The notes beneath the pieces were generated by a model. That model did not search any database, was not told where the DNA came from, and saw only the letters and a list, made by a program, of their open reading frames with translations. Below, piece after piece: positions 13,348 through 19,114 of a stretch of DNA of 19,114 bases (position 1 is its first letter; each line of letters begins with the position of its first letter). Origin of the DNA: Acutalibacteraceae bacterium (lineage in GTDB: Bacteria > Bacillota > Clostridia > Oscillospirales > Acutalibacteraceae). A program made the position numbers and the translations under genes. The stretch is from contig JAZQVR010000027.1 in the NCBI GenBank assembly GCA_045631965.1, positions 1-19,114 on the forward strand, read 5' to 3'.

Positions 13348-14197
13348 AGTTTATATATAACGTTTCGCCCGATTTTACGCAGTAGTCGTGGTCGGTGATG
13401 TTGAAATAAACATCGTAAAGTGTGGGGTTGTAAACAATGCTGTGGTCTGCACTCCATAAGAGTGAATTGTAAGCGGCGACATAATCGTAAATCTCAATAT
13501 TTGTTGCGTACCATATGTCGTCGCGGTTGCCGAGCTTCTCGCAGATTTCATCGAGCAAATCCCAGTTATCGTTGCAGTCAAACTCGAATGCGTGGCCCCA
13601 CATATAAAACAGCCTCGGATGACGCATTGCACTGTAGCAGGTCTGATTGTCGAGAGCAAGGAATTTATCGATATATTCCATTATATCGGGGTTGGAGTGG
13701 TGAGCGGTCGGCATCCAGGCGTGCCAATCGGTCGGCAGAGTGAAACTGTCGTTATCACCGCCGAGTGTGCGTGAGTAAACTATACCGAGGTCGGTAAGGT
13801 AGTTTTTAACTTTTGTATAGTCGGCACCGTTGGCAAAATGGGTTATGCCCGTATCGGGGTAAGCCATACCGCGTATGATTTTGCCGAATGCTTTTTCGAG
13901 CTCTTCGCGGCAATTGAGCACATCGTGTATACCTTCGGCAGGCGATACGATTCCGCACGCCATATGGTTTTTGCCGTGTACCGCAACCTCGTGGCCGTTT
14001 GACATAAGCTGCTTTGCATCGTCAACCGTCAGGTCGTTGCCTGCAAGGAGTCTTGAAGTATTGAGGTTGAATGTAGCTTTGATGCCGTATTTGTCGAGTG
14101 TTTCGGCGAGCCTTATATCTGCCTTGCAGCCGTCGTCGTAGCTGAGAGTCAGTGCCTTTGCCTTGCCGCCCGGAAAGCGTAAGAATCTGTAACCCAT
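13346..14197 (-). CDS. Polysaccharide deacetylase family protein (NodB/CE4-like)
   Basis: AGGAGC RBS. It has the LTLSYDDG (Asp-Asp) motif, HGKNH (His-x3-His-like) and later aromatic/His-rich motifs typical of CE4 deacetylases. No signal peptide was seen. Confidence 0.75.
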   Translation of the reverse strand: MGYRFLRFPGGKAKALTLSYDDGCKADIRLAETLDKYGIKATFNLNTSRLLAGNDLTVDDAKQLMSNGHEVAVHGKNHMACGIVSPAEGIHDVLNCREELEKAFGKIIRGMAYPDTGITHFANGADYTKVKNYLTDLGIVYSRTLGGDNDSFTLPTDWHAWMPTAHHSNPDIMEYIDKFLALDNQTCYSAMRHPRLFYMWGHAFEFDCNDNWDLLDEICEKLGNRDDIWYATNIEIYDYVAAYNSLLWSADHSIVYNPTLYDVYFNITDHDYCVKSGETLYIN

Positions 14198-14226
14198 AGT
14201 ATAGCTCCTGATTAATTGATGCTTTT

Positions 14227-14255
14227 ATTATACCGCCGATTAATTATATTTGCAA
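14227..14255 (-). promoter_or_regulatory. Promoter of the deacetylase gene
   Basis: The minus strand reads TTGCAA (14255-14250), a 17-nt spacer, then TATAAT (14232-14227). Confidence 0.65.
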
Positions 14256-14288
14256 TATAAAAGTGCCACTTGTTGCAGGTGGCATTGT

Positions 14289-14531
14289 TTATTTTATCTC
14301 CTGCTCCGGATCATCAAATAAATCGCTGTCAAAAAATTCTCTTATGCTGATTTCAAGACCGTCACAAATTTTCTTGATTGAAGCAACACCCGGGTTTTGG
14401 CTTTTCTCGTTGAGCATACTGTAAATCGTTGACGGAGATACACCTGCAGTATTGGCAAGTGCATTAATTGCAATATTTCTTTCGTTACACAGCTCGATAA
14501 TTCTTGCTTCTACTGCTTGTTTTTCATTCAT
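14289..14531 (-). CDS. XRE-family helix-turn-helix transcriptional regulator (80 aa)
   Basis: HTH_3 pattern: IIELCNERNIAINALANTAGVSPSTIYSMLNEKSQNPGVASIKKICDGLEISIREFF. The second ATG (14531) is preferred because AAGGTGG sits 7 nt upstream of it. The track start 14537 is only 1 nt from the RBS. Confidence 0.8.
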   Translation of the reverse strand: MNEKQAVEARIIELCNERNIAINALANTAGVSPSTIYSMLNEKSQNPGVASIKKICDGLEISIREFFDSDLFDDPEQEIK

Positions 14532-14604
14532 ATTCATACCACCTTACGATATATCGCGCATTTACGATTATTGTGATATATCCCATATCAAAAGGTGGTA
14601 TTTT

Positions 14605-14667
14605 ATGGTTTGTACATTTTTCGGTCATAAGGACACACCAAAAGAAACAGAGTGGACATTTGACTGA
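14605..14667 (+). pseudogene. 5' stub of a SLOG/DUF1273 gene (first ~16 codons plus RBS), duplicate of 15111-15177
   Basis: GGTGGTATTTTATGGTTTGTACATTTTTCGGTCATAAGGACACACCAAAAGAAACAGAG (from ~14594) matches 15119-15177 at all but 3 positions. It encodes MVCTFFGHKDTPKETE, then diverges and stops after 20 codons. Confidence 0.75.
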
Positions 14668-14772
14668 GTCTGATAGACTTTAAAGCTGTATTGATTATAT
14701 CATCGACAAAACCACAACCTGCAATACGTGGAGATAAATCAAGCCGCCCGATTACTCGGACAGCTTGATTGT

Positions 14773-15015
14773 TTATTTATCAAGGCCTTCAAAGAAGTCA
14801 TCATATGAGCAGTTATAGTACTTCTTAAGCTCAACAATTACGCTTGCTCTGATGTTCAATTCACCTGATTCATATTTTGCATAAGTTGTTCTGCCAATGT
14901 CACAACCTCTGCGCTGTAATTCTGCACATAGCTTTTCCTGAGAAATTTCAAAGCTATCACGAAGTCTTCTGAGATTTGTGCCGAGATTCAAATCTCTTCT
15001 TATTTTTTGCTCCAT
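14773..15015 (-). CDS. XRE-family helix-turn-helix transcriptional regulator (80 aa), divergent from the SLOG gene
   Basis: GGTGAGG RBS. HTH pattern LGTNLRRLRDSFEISQEKLCAELQRRGCDIGRTTYAKYESGE. A hairpin terminator (AATCAAGC...GCTTGATT, ~14739-14772) follows on the minus strand. Confidence 0.8.
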   Translation of the reverse strand: MEQKIRRDLNLGTNLRRLRDSFEISQEKLCAELQRRGCDIGRTTYAKYESGELNIRASVIVELKKYYNCSYDDFFEGLDK

Positions 15016-15034
15016 AACATAACCTCACCATTAT

Positions 15035-15113
15035 AATTGACCAGTATTGGTTGCAACTATTAGGTATTGTATGTTATACTTGAAGAAAATATTGTCCGCG
15101 ATACTGGTCAATT
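15035..15113. promoter_or_regulatory. Divergent promoter region with a 13-bp perfect inverted repeat (candidate XRE operator pair)
   Basis: AATTGACCAGTAT (15035-15047) and ATACTGGTCAATT (15101-15113) bracket TTGCAA (15051-15056), an 18-nt spacer with TG, and TATACT (15075-15080) on the plus strand. The palindromic TTGCAA can also act as a -35 for a minus-strand TATAAT (15035-15030), though with a short 15-nt spacer. Confidence 0.55.
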
Positions 15114-15129
15114 ACAGGGGTGGTATTTT

Positions 15130-15570
15130 ATGGTTTCTACATTTTTCGGGCACAAGGACACACCAAAAGAAACAGAGCCAACCTTACGGTCGACTCTCAT
15201 AGATTTGATTGAAAATAAAAAAGCAGATGTATTTTATGTAGGCAATAACGGCAACTTTGACACTATGGTACGCCGTCAGCTTGAGAGTTTGTCAAAGACC
15301 TATACGATTAAATACTATATTGTGCTTGCTTATATGCCCGGGAAGAACAGTATACCCGACGAGCACACAATACTACCTGAAGGCATAGAAACCGTGCCGC
15401 GACGTTTTGCGATAAATTACCGCAACAAATGGATGCTCAATAAAGCGGATATTGTTGTAAACTATGTCACTCGCAATTTTGGCGGTGCGTGGACTTGTGT
15501 AAGGCTTGCGGAAAAGAAAGGTAAAAAGTTAATTAATTTAAAACCTGCGATTGAAATGCAAACAGAATAA
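15130..15570 (+). CDS. SLOG-fold protein of the DUF1273 (YpsA-like) family (146 aa)
   Basis: Start at ATG 15130 behind GGGGTGG. FFGHKD (compare FTGHR), the glycine-rich loop VGNNGNFD, and C-terminal YRNKWMLNKADIVVNYV...GGAWTCVRLAEKKGKKLINL follow the pattern of clostridial DUF1273 proteins as I recall them. The track start 15067 lies inside the promoter and is rejected. Confidence 0.65.
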   Translation: MVSTFFGHKDTPKETEPTLRSTLIDLIENKKADVFYVGNNGNFDTMVRRQLESLSKTYTIKYYIVLAYMPGKNSIPDEHTILPEGIETVPRRFAINYRNKWMLNKADIVVNYVTRNFGGAWTCVRLAEKKGKKLINLKPAIEMQTE

Positions 15571-15576
15571 TATTTC

Positions 15577-15605
15577 TTGCGTTACGTTATTCAATACGCT
15601 ATAAT
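15577..15605 (+). promoter_or_regulatory. Promoter of the small membrane protein / hydrolase operon
   Basis: TTGCGT (15577-15582), a 17-nt spacer, then TATAAT (15600-15605). The RBS GGGAGG follows. Confidence 0.6.
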
Positions 15606-15623
15606 GTATCGGGAGGCGAAAAT

Positions 15624-15920
15624 ATGGCTGAAATTACAGAAGTTATAATGATTGTCTGCTTTGGTGCTTCGTGGCCTTTCAATGTTATAAAATCATATAA
15701 GGCACGCACTGCAAAGGGTAAAAGCCCTGTGTTTCTGTGCCTTATAATTCTCGGCTACATAGCAGGTATCGCGTCAAAGTTTCTCAATGAAGCATATATG
15801 GCATCGATTAACGAGAAATGGTATGTGCTGTTTTTCTATTTCCTCAATCTCCTGATGGTAAGTGCCGACCTTGTGCTTTATTTCAGAAACAGAATGCTTG
15901 ACAAAAGGAGCGGAAAATGA
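15624..15920 (+). CDS. Small three-TM membrane protein, PQ-loop/SemiSWEET-like pattern (98 aa)
   Basis: There are three hydrophobic helices. The first ends in SWPFNVIKSYKARTAKGKS, which resembles the PQ-loop motif (PQ replaced by PF) plus a basic loop. The family call is tentative. Confidence 0.6.
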   Translation: MAEITEVIMIVCFGASWPFNVIKSYKARTAKGKSPVFLCLIILGYIAGIASKFLNEAYMASINEKWYVLFFYFLNLLMVSADLVLYFRNRMLDKRSGK

Positions 15921-16642
15921 AACTCTTATCAATAGGCAACAGCTTTTCTACCGATGCGCATTTCTTTCTGCACCGCCTGGCAGAGCTTAACGGCTTTGAT
16001 TTATATACGGCAAACCTTTTTATCGGCGGTTGCAGTCTTCAGACCCATTGGCAGAACGTGACCGAAGATAATGCGGATTATGATTACGAAATAAACGGCA
16101 ACACAGCAGAGCGTAAAATCAGCATTGCCGAAGCTCTGGCAGAGTGCGAGTGGGATGTTATCACCTTTCAGCAGGCGAGTGCATACAGCGGTATTTTTGA
16201 AACCTACGAGCCGTATCTTGCAAACCTTGTCGGTTTTGTAAAGCAGAAACAGCCGCAGGCAAAGCTGTATTTTCATCAGACCTGGAGCTATGAAAACGGC
16301 TCACCTCATTCGGGCTTTGTCGCTTACGGTTGCGACAGCCGAAAAATGTTTGAGAGCATTGTTACTGCATCAGGAAAAGCGGCAGAGCTTATCGGCGCAA
16401 CGCTGATACCTGCAGGTACGGTTATACAGAAGCTCCGCGAGGGTGTAAAGGAGTTTGACTATACAGACGGCGGCTTGTCACTTTGCCGTGATACATTCCA
16501 CCTTTCGGAAACTTGCGGTAGATATGCCGCGGCGGCAATATGGCTGCGCACGCTGACAGGCAAGCCGATTGCCCTGAATCCGATTGATGAGCTTGATTTA
16601 AAGCTGATTGAAAAAATAAACAAGGTAGTGAATAATATATAA
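15917..16642 (+). CDS. SGNH/GDSL-like hydrolase-fold protein (DUF4886-like), no signal peptide
   Basis: AGGAG RBS. The start overlaps the upstream stop (ATGA). N-terminal MKLLSIGNSFSTDA resembles SGNH block I (G-N/D-S), and DTFHL near the C-terminus resembles the block V D-x-x-H. Confidence 0.65.
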   Translation: MKLLSIGNSFSTDAHFFLHRLAELNGFDLYTANLFIGGCSLQTHWQNVTEDNADYDYEINGNTAERKISIAEALAECEWDVITFQQASAYSGIFETYEPYLANLVGFVKQKQPQAKLYFHQTWSYENGSPHSGFVAYGCDSRKMFESIVTASGKAAELIGATLIPAGTVIQKLREGVKEFDYTDGGLSLCRDTFHLSETCGRYAAAAIWLRTLTGKPIALNPIDELDLKLIEKINKVVNNI

Positions 16643-16646
16643 ATGA

Positions 16647-16686
16647 AATCAGGAAGATTCACATTTTGAATCTTCCTGATTTTTTG
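16647..16686. terminator. Strong hairpin terminator
   Basis: AATCAGGAAGATTC-ACATTTT-GAATCTTCCTGATT is a 14-bp stem followed by TTTTTG. Confidence 0.9.
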
Positions 16687-16699
16687 TTGTTTTGTTTTT

Positions 16700-16727
16700 G
16701 CGGAACGGTCAAAGACCGTTCCCTACA
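16700..16727 (-). repeat. REP-like unit (TGTAGGG + GC hairpin), minus orientation
   Basis: The minus strand reads TGTAGGGAACGGTCTTTGACCGTTCCGC. It has the same design as the units at 17525-17705. Confidence 0.6.
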
Positions 16728-16765
16728 TTGTCTTATATGCAGTCAAGGTGACTTTATCGATATTT

Positions 16766-17377
16766 TTAATCTTTGCTTATTACCTTTTTGTGCCAGCATT
16801 TTTTGCCGCATTCGGGGCATTTCATTTTTCTTGTGCGGCCCATATGCTGTGCCCAAAGTACACTTTTGAATGTTGGTACATATGCGTGACCGCATTTACT
16901 GCACTTGTAGTAGCCTGCAGTCTGCTCAATTTTAACAGCATATCCGCAACCGATAATGCAGGGGATTAAGCCTGCGAGTATGAGCACTATCCGCTTCCGT
17001 TCTTCCATCTCTAAATAGCTTGCGACAAATGTCATGGCAAGCAGTATGAACACGGAAAGCACGCCTATTACTACTTCCAGGCGGAGCAGATGCCTGTCGG
17101 CTTTTTCTTTTTCTTTAATCATTTCGAGCAGTGCTTTTTCTGCATTTTTATCGTAGTTCTCCATTGTTACCACCTCTCCGTTTAATAAATCGTTTACGGT
17201 AATCTGAAGCTCCTTGCAAAGCTCAAGCATTATCGAGGAGTCGGGCAAGGATTTGCCCGTTTCCCATTTGGAAACAGCGCGGTCGGTAATATTCAGCTTT
17301 TCTGCAAGCTGCATTTGTGTCAGCCCTGCGGCTTTTCTGCGCTCGGCAATAAATTTACCGATTTTAATCAAATCCAT
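16766..17377 (-). CDS. Membrane-tethered XRE-family HTH regulator with two TM helices and a C-terminal CxxC...CxxC zinc ribbon
   Basis: AGGAGG RBS. The N-terminus IGKFIAERRKAAGLTQMQLAEKLNITDRAVSKWETGKSLPD is a canonical HTH_3. TM helices lie at aa ~95-120 and ~128-148. The tail is CSKCGHAYVPTF...KMKCPECGKKCW. Confidence 0.8.
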   Translation of the reverse strand: MDLIKIGKFIAERRKAAGLTQMQLAEKLNITDRAVSKWETGKSLPDSSIMLELCKELQITVNDLLNGEVVTMENYDKNAEKALLEMIKEKEKADRHLLRLEVVIGVLSVFILLAMTFVASYLEMEERKRIVLILAGLIPCIIGCGYAVKIEQTAGYYKCSKCGHAYVPTFKSVLWAQHMGRTRKMKCPECGKKCWHKKVISKD

Positions 17378-17524
17378 ATTGCGACCTCCTTTCAGCTTTA
17401 TTATAAGCAGTAAGTGATAAAAAGTCTACATACCGTTGGTTGAGTCAGTAGATTTACAGGATTTATTATATCATTTATAAAAGGTAAAAGGCAACAGTAA
17501 AAATTACCGGCGATATCGGAACAG

Positions 17525-17705
17525 CGTAGGGACGACCCTGCGTGGTCGCCCGTATTGGTTTCCTTTGGATAAGATTATTCGCTGTTGCTCAGAATGGCAC
17601 GTATTTAAATTTGTTTATTATGTGTAGGGCAGGGGCTTGCCACTGCCGAAAAATACAAGCAATATGTCGTTTGCAACGGGAGGGCGCGGAGGCCCTCCCC
17701 TACAG
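17525..17705. repeat. Cluster of three REP-like GC-rich hairpin units sharing a GTAGGG / CCCTAC flank
   Basis: CGTAGGGACGACCCTGCGTGGTCGCCCGT (17525-17553), TGTAGGGCAGGGGCTTGCCACTGCCG (17623-17648), and inverted CGGGAGGGCGCGGAGGCCCTCCCCTACAG (17677-17705). They sit in a 400-bp non-coding gap. Confidence 0.65.
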
Positions 17706-17726
17706 TGTAAAATTTCACACCGATAT

Positions 17727-17760
17727 AAAAAACAACCGGGCATCGAGAGATACCCGGTTG
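17727..17760 (-). terminator. Rho-independent terminator of lipoprotein gene 17773..18396
   Basis: The minus strand reads CAACCGGGTATCTCTCGATGCCCGGTTG followed by TTTTTTAT. Confidence 0.8.
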
Positions 17761-17772
17761 AAGTGTATAGAC

Positions 17773-18396
17773 TCAGTCAGCCTTTGTGAAAACGGCTTCA
17801 TCGTAGCTTTCAGAATTGACCAATGTGAAAGTAGTTCTGCCCTCGGAAAGCTTTGTTTCAGCAGTTGATATGCCGCCGTCATCGGATTCAATGGTAAGTG
17901 TATCGCCGTCAAGCTCCCATGTTAATTCAAAGTCGGGGACATAAGCGGCAACAAAGTCTTCATAGGGGTACAGCTGAATGAGTGATTCTCTGACATCATC
18001 TTCAGCTTCTGCTCGGCTTGCATAGTCTTCTTCAGCGATTTCTTCGTCAGTAATGCCTTCAAACTCCATTTCGATTATTGCATCTATCATATCGTCGTAA
18101 CTGTCACGAGTGAGATCGAAATAAGCTGTGCCGTCATCTTCAAAGATGAGAGATAATGCAACAGATATGCTATCGTAATAGATGTCTGTTGTCCATTCGC
18201 CGATAAGAAGTTCTTCGCCTGTGGGAGCCTCTTCTTCGTCTTCTTCTTCTTCTTCGTTGTCTGCTACGTCGCTTGTCTTTTCGCTTTTTTTGCGATCGTC
18301 TTTGTCATCCTTCTTATCATCGCCGCAGGCGGTGAAGACAGAGAGCATCATTATAAGTGCGAGAAGAGCTGCGAGGAGTTTGCTGAGTTTTTTCAT
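17773..18396 (-). CDS. Acidic lipoprotein, lipocalin-like start of the mature domain (207 aa)
   Basis: Signal peptide MKKLSKLLAALLALIMMLSVFTAC (lipobox FTAC), then a low-complexity D/K/E linker, then LLIGEWTT... It is a paralog of 18563..19114. Confidence 0.85.
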   Translation of the reverse strand: MKKLSKLLAALLALIMMLSVFTACGDDKKDDKDDRKKSEKTSDVADNEEEEEDEEEAPTGEELLIGEWTTDIYYDSISVALSLIFEDDGTAYFDLTRDSYDDMIDAIIEMEFEGITDEEIAEEDYASRAEAEDDVRESLIQLYPYEDFVAAYVPDFELTWELDGDTLTIESDDGGISTAETKLSEGRTTFTLVNSESYDEAVFTKAD

Positions 18397-18436
18397 ATTT
18401 GATATCCTTCTTTCATTTTATTTGGGATATGGTTAT

Positions 18437-18465
18437 AGTATAAATCTGCAATTTTCTTTTGTCAA
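18437..18465 (-). promoter_or_regulatory. Promoter of lipoprotein gene 17773..18396
   Basis: The minus strand reads TTGACA (18465-18460), a 17-nt spacer, then TATACT (18442-18437). Confidence 0.65.
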
Positions 18466-18510
18466 TATATTTCCTTTGATGTAGTAAAAGAACATATATT
18501 GTCTTAATAT

Positions 18511-18541
18511 AAAAAACAATCGGGTATCTTGCGATACCCGA
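18511..18541 (-). terminator. Rho-independent terminator of lipoprotein gene 18563..19114
   Basis: The minus strand reads TCGGGTATCGCAAGATACCCGA followed by TTGTTTTTTAT. Confidence 0.8.
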
Positions 18542-18562
18542 GTTTGATTTAAAACATATAAA

Positions 18563-19114
18563 TTATTTAGCCTTTGTAAGCTCCAATTCTGTGCCGTCGT
18601 CGCCGATAAGTATGAAAGACTTTTCACCTTCGGAGAGCTCGGTGTCAGCAGTCATTGTGTCACCGTCTTCGTTTTCGATAATAAGCTCATCCTCGTCAAG
18701 CTCCCAAGTGAAGTATAAATCAAATTCAGATGCTACTAAATCGTAAGTATACTCGCTCTCAAAATAATCTCTGAAGTATTCTTCGCTTACGATTCCCTCT
18801 TCGGCAAGCTCTTCTTCGCTATACTCATCAAGAGCCATATCTACCATCTGGTCGATAAAATCATCGTAGCTGGATTGGGGGAGAGTAAGCTCGCCTTCGC
18901 CATCTTCATTGAAAACAAACTGTACAGTCAGTGTCAAATCGTCTTCTTCAAATGTTGCGTTCCATTTGCCGATAAGAAGATCTTCGCCGGTGAGAACCTC
19001 TTCTTCGTCATCTTTTGCTTTACCGTCTTTTTTATCGCCGCCGCAAGCGGTGAAGACAGAGAGCATCATTATAAGTGCGAGAAGAGCTGCAAAAAGCTTG
19101 CTGAATTTTTTCAT
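18563..19114 (-). CDS. Acidic lipoprotein paralog (183 aa); the start codon is the last triplet of the window
   Basis: Signal peptide MKKFSKLFAALLALIMMLSVFTAC, then LLIGKWNA.... It shares motifs with the neighbour (SYDD.ID, F.LTWELD.D.L.IE..DG, TAxTxLSEG). Confidence 0.85.
   Translation of the reverse strand: MKKFSKLFAALLALIMMLSVFTACGGDKKDGKAKDDEEEVLTGEDLLIGKWNATFEEDDLTLTVQFVFNEDGEGELTLPQSSYDDFIDQMVDMALDEYSEEELAEEGIVSEEYFRDYFESEYTYDLVASEFDLYFTWELDEDELIIENEDGDTMTADTELSEGEKSFILIGDDGTELELTKAK

Noticed and set aside
12975-13457. 160-aa minus-strand ORF spanning the EamA 3' end, the terminator and the deacetylase 3' end.
   Set aside because: It crosses a strong terminator hairpin and overlaps two well-supported genes. 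Its Cys/Arg/His-rich composition is typical of an antisense frame.
13375-14141. ORFs 13375..13659, 13420..13743, 13592..13774, 13843..14025 and 13875..14141.
   Set aside because: They are shadow frames of the polysaccharide deacetylase gene.
15067-15129. Longer start for the SLOG gene (track ORF 15067..15570).
   Set aside because: The extension covers the -10 box and the operator half-site. ATG 15130 has a GGGGTGG RBS, and the duplicated stub at 14605 starts at the same Met.
16666-16969. Plus-strand ORFs 16666..16869 and 16748..16969.
   Set aside because: They start inside the terminator/REP region and run antisense to the zinc-ribbon end of the XRE-TM gene, with no RBS.
17542-17912. ORFs 17542..17868 (+) and 17715..17912 (-).
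   Set aside because: The first runs through the REP-like hairpins and a terminator into the antisense of the lipoprotein gene. The second is an out-of-frame shadow of that gene.

Overview
The window looks like chromosomal DNA from a low-to-moderate-GC Firmicute, probably a Clostridia-type anaerobe. That guess rests on gene content, Gram-positive lipoboxes, strong GGAGG-type ribosome-binding sites (RBS) and GTAGGG-hairpin REP-like repeats. In order: (1) the tail of an rRNA operon: 5S rRNA, then tRNA-Asn, a CAT-anticodon tRNA (Ile2-like), tRNA-Trp, tRNA-Asp and tRNA-Thr, closed by a strong terminator. (2) A four-helix-bundle (23S-IVS family) gene broken by one in-frame TAA. (3) A thiamine-precursor uptake operon (MTH1187/YkoF-like protein plus ThiX/ThiY/ThiZ-type ABC transporter). 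One consensus promoter drives it through two complete TPP riboswitches, each with its own terminator, separated by a ~240-nt spacer carrying a nested AAATCAT/ATGATTT array. (4) A ~750-bp AT-rich gap with no ORF of 60 codons or more. It contains a near-consensus minus-strand promoter, strong hairpins, two ~30-nt direct repeats with SD-ATG-2 codon-stop mini-ORFs, and a second plus-strand promoter. (5) A 1075-aa MMPL/RND-type transporter whose large external loop is five tandem ~83-aa repeats. (6) Housekeeping or accessory genes: a Gfo/Idh/MocA oxidoreductase plus a secreted propeller-like protein, a LytTR+DUF3021 pair, a rhodanese lipoprotein, an EamA transporter and a CE4 deacetylase. (7) Two divergent XRE-regulator/SLOG(DUF1273) modules, the first keeping only a ~65-nt 5' stub of the SLOG gene. 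(8) A small PQ-loop-like membrane protein translationally coupled to an SGNH/DUF4886-like hydrolase. (9) A membrane-tethered XRE regulator with a C-terminal zinc ribbon. (10) REP-like GC hairpins and two tandem acidic lipoprotein paralogs. I saw no transposase, integrase, CRISPR array or recognisable defence genes. The candidates most worth follow-up are the orphan promoter-to-terminator unit with its repeats (4.8-5.5 kb), the tandem TPP riboswitch spacer, the repeat-bearing MMPL loop and the duplicated XRE/SLOG junction. All functional calls come from reading the sequence and translations by eye; no database search was run.
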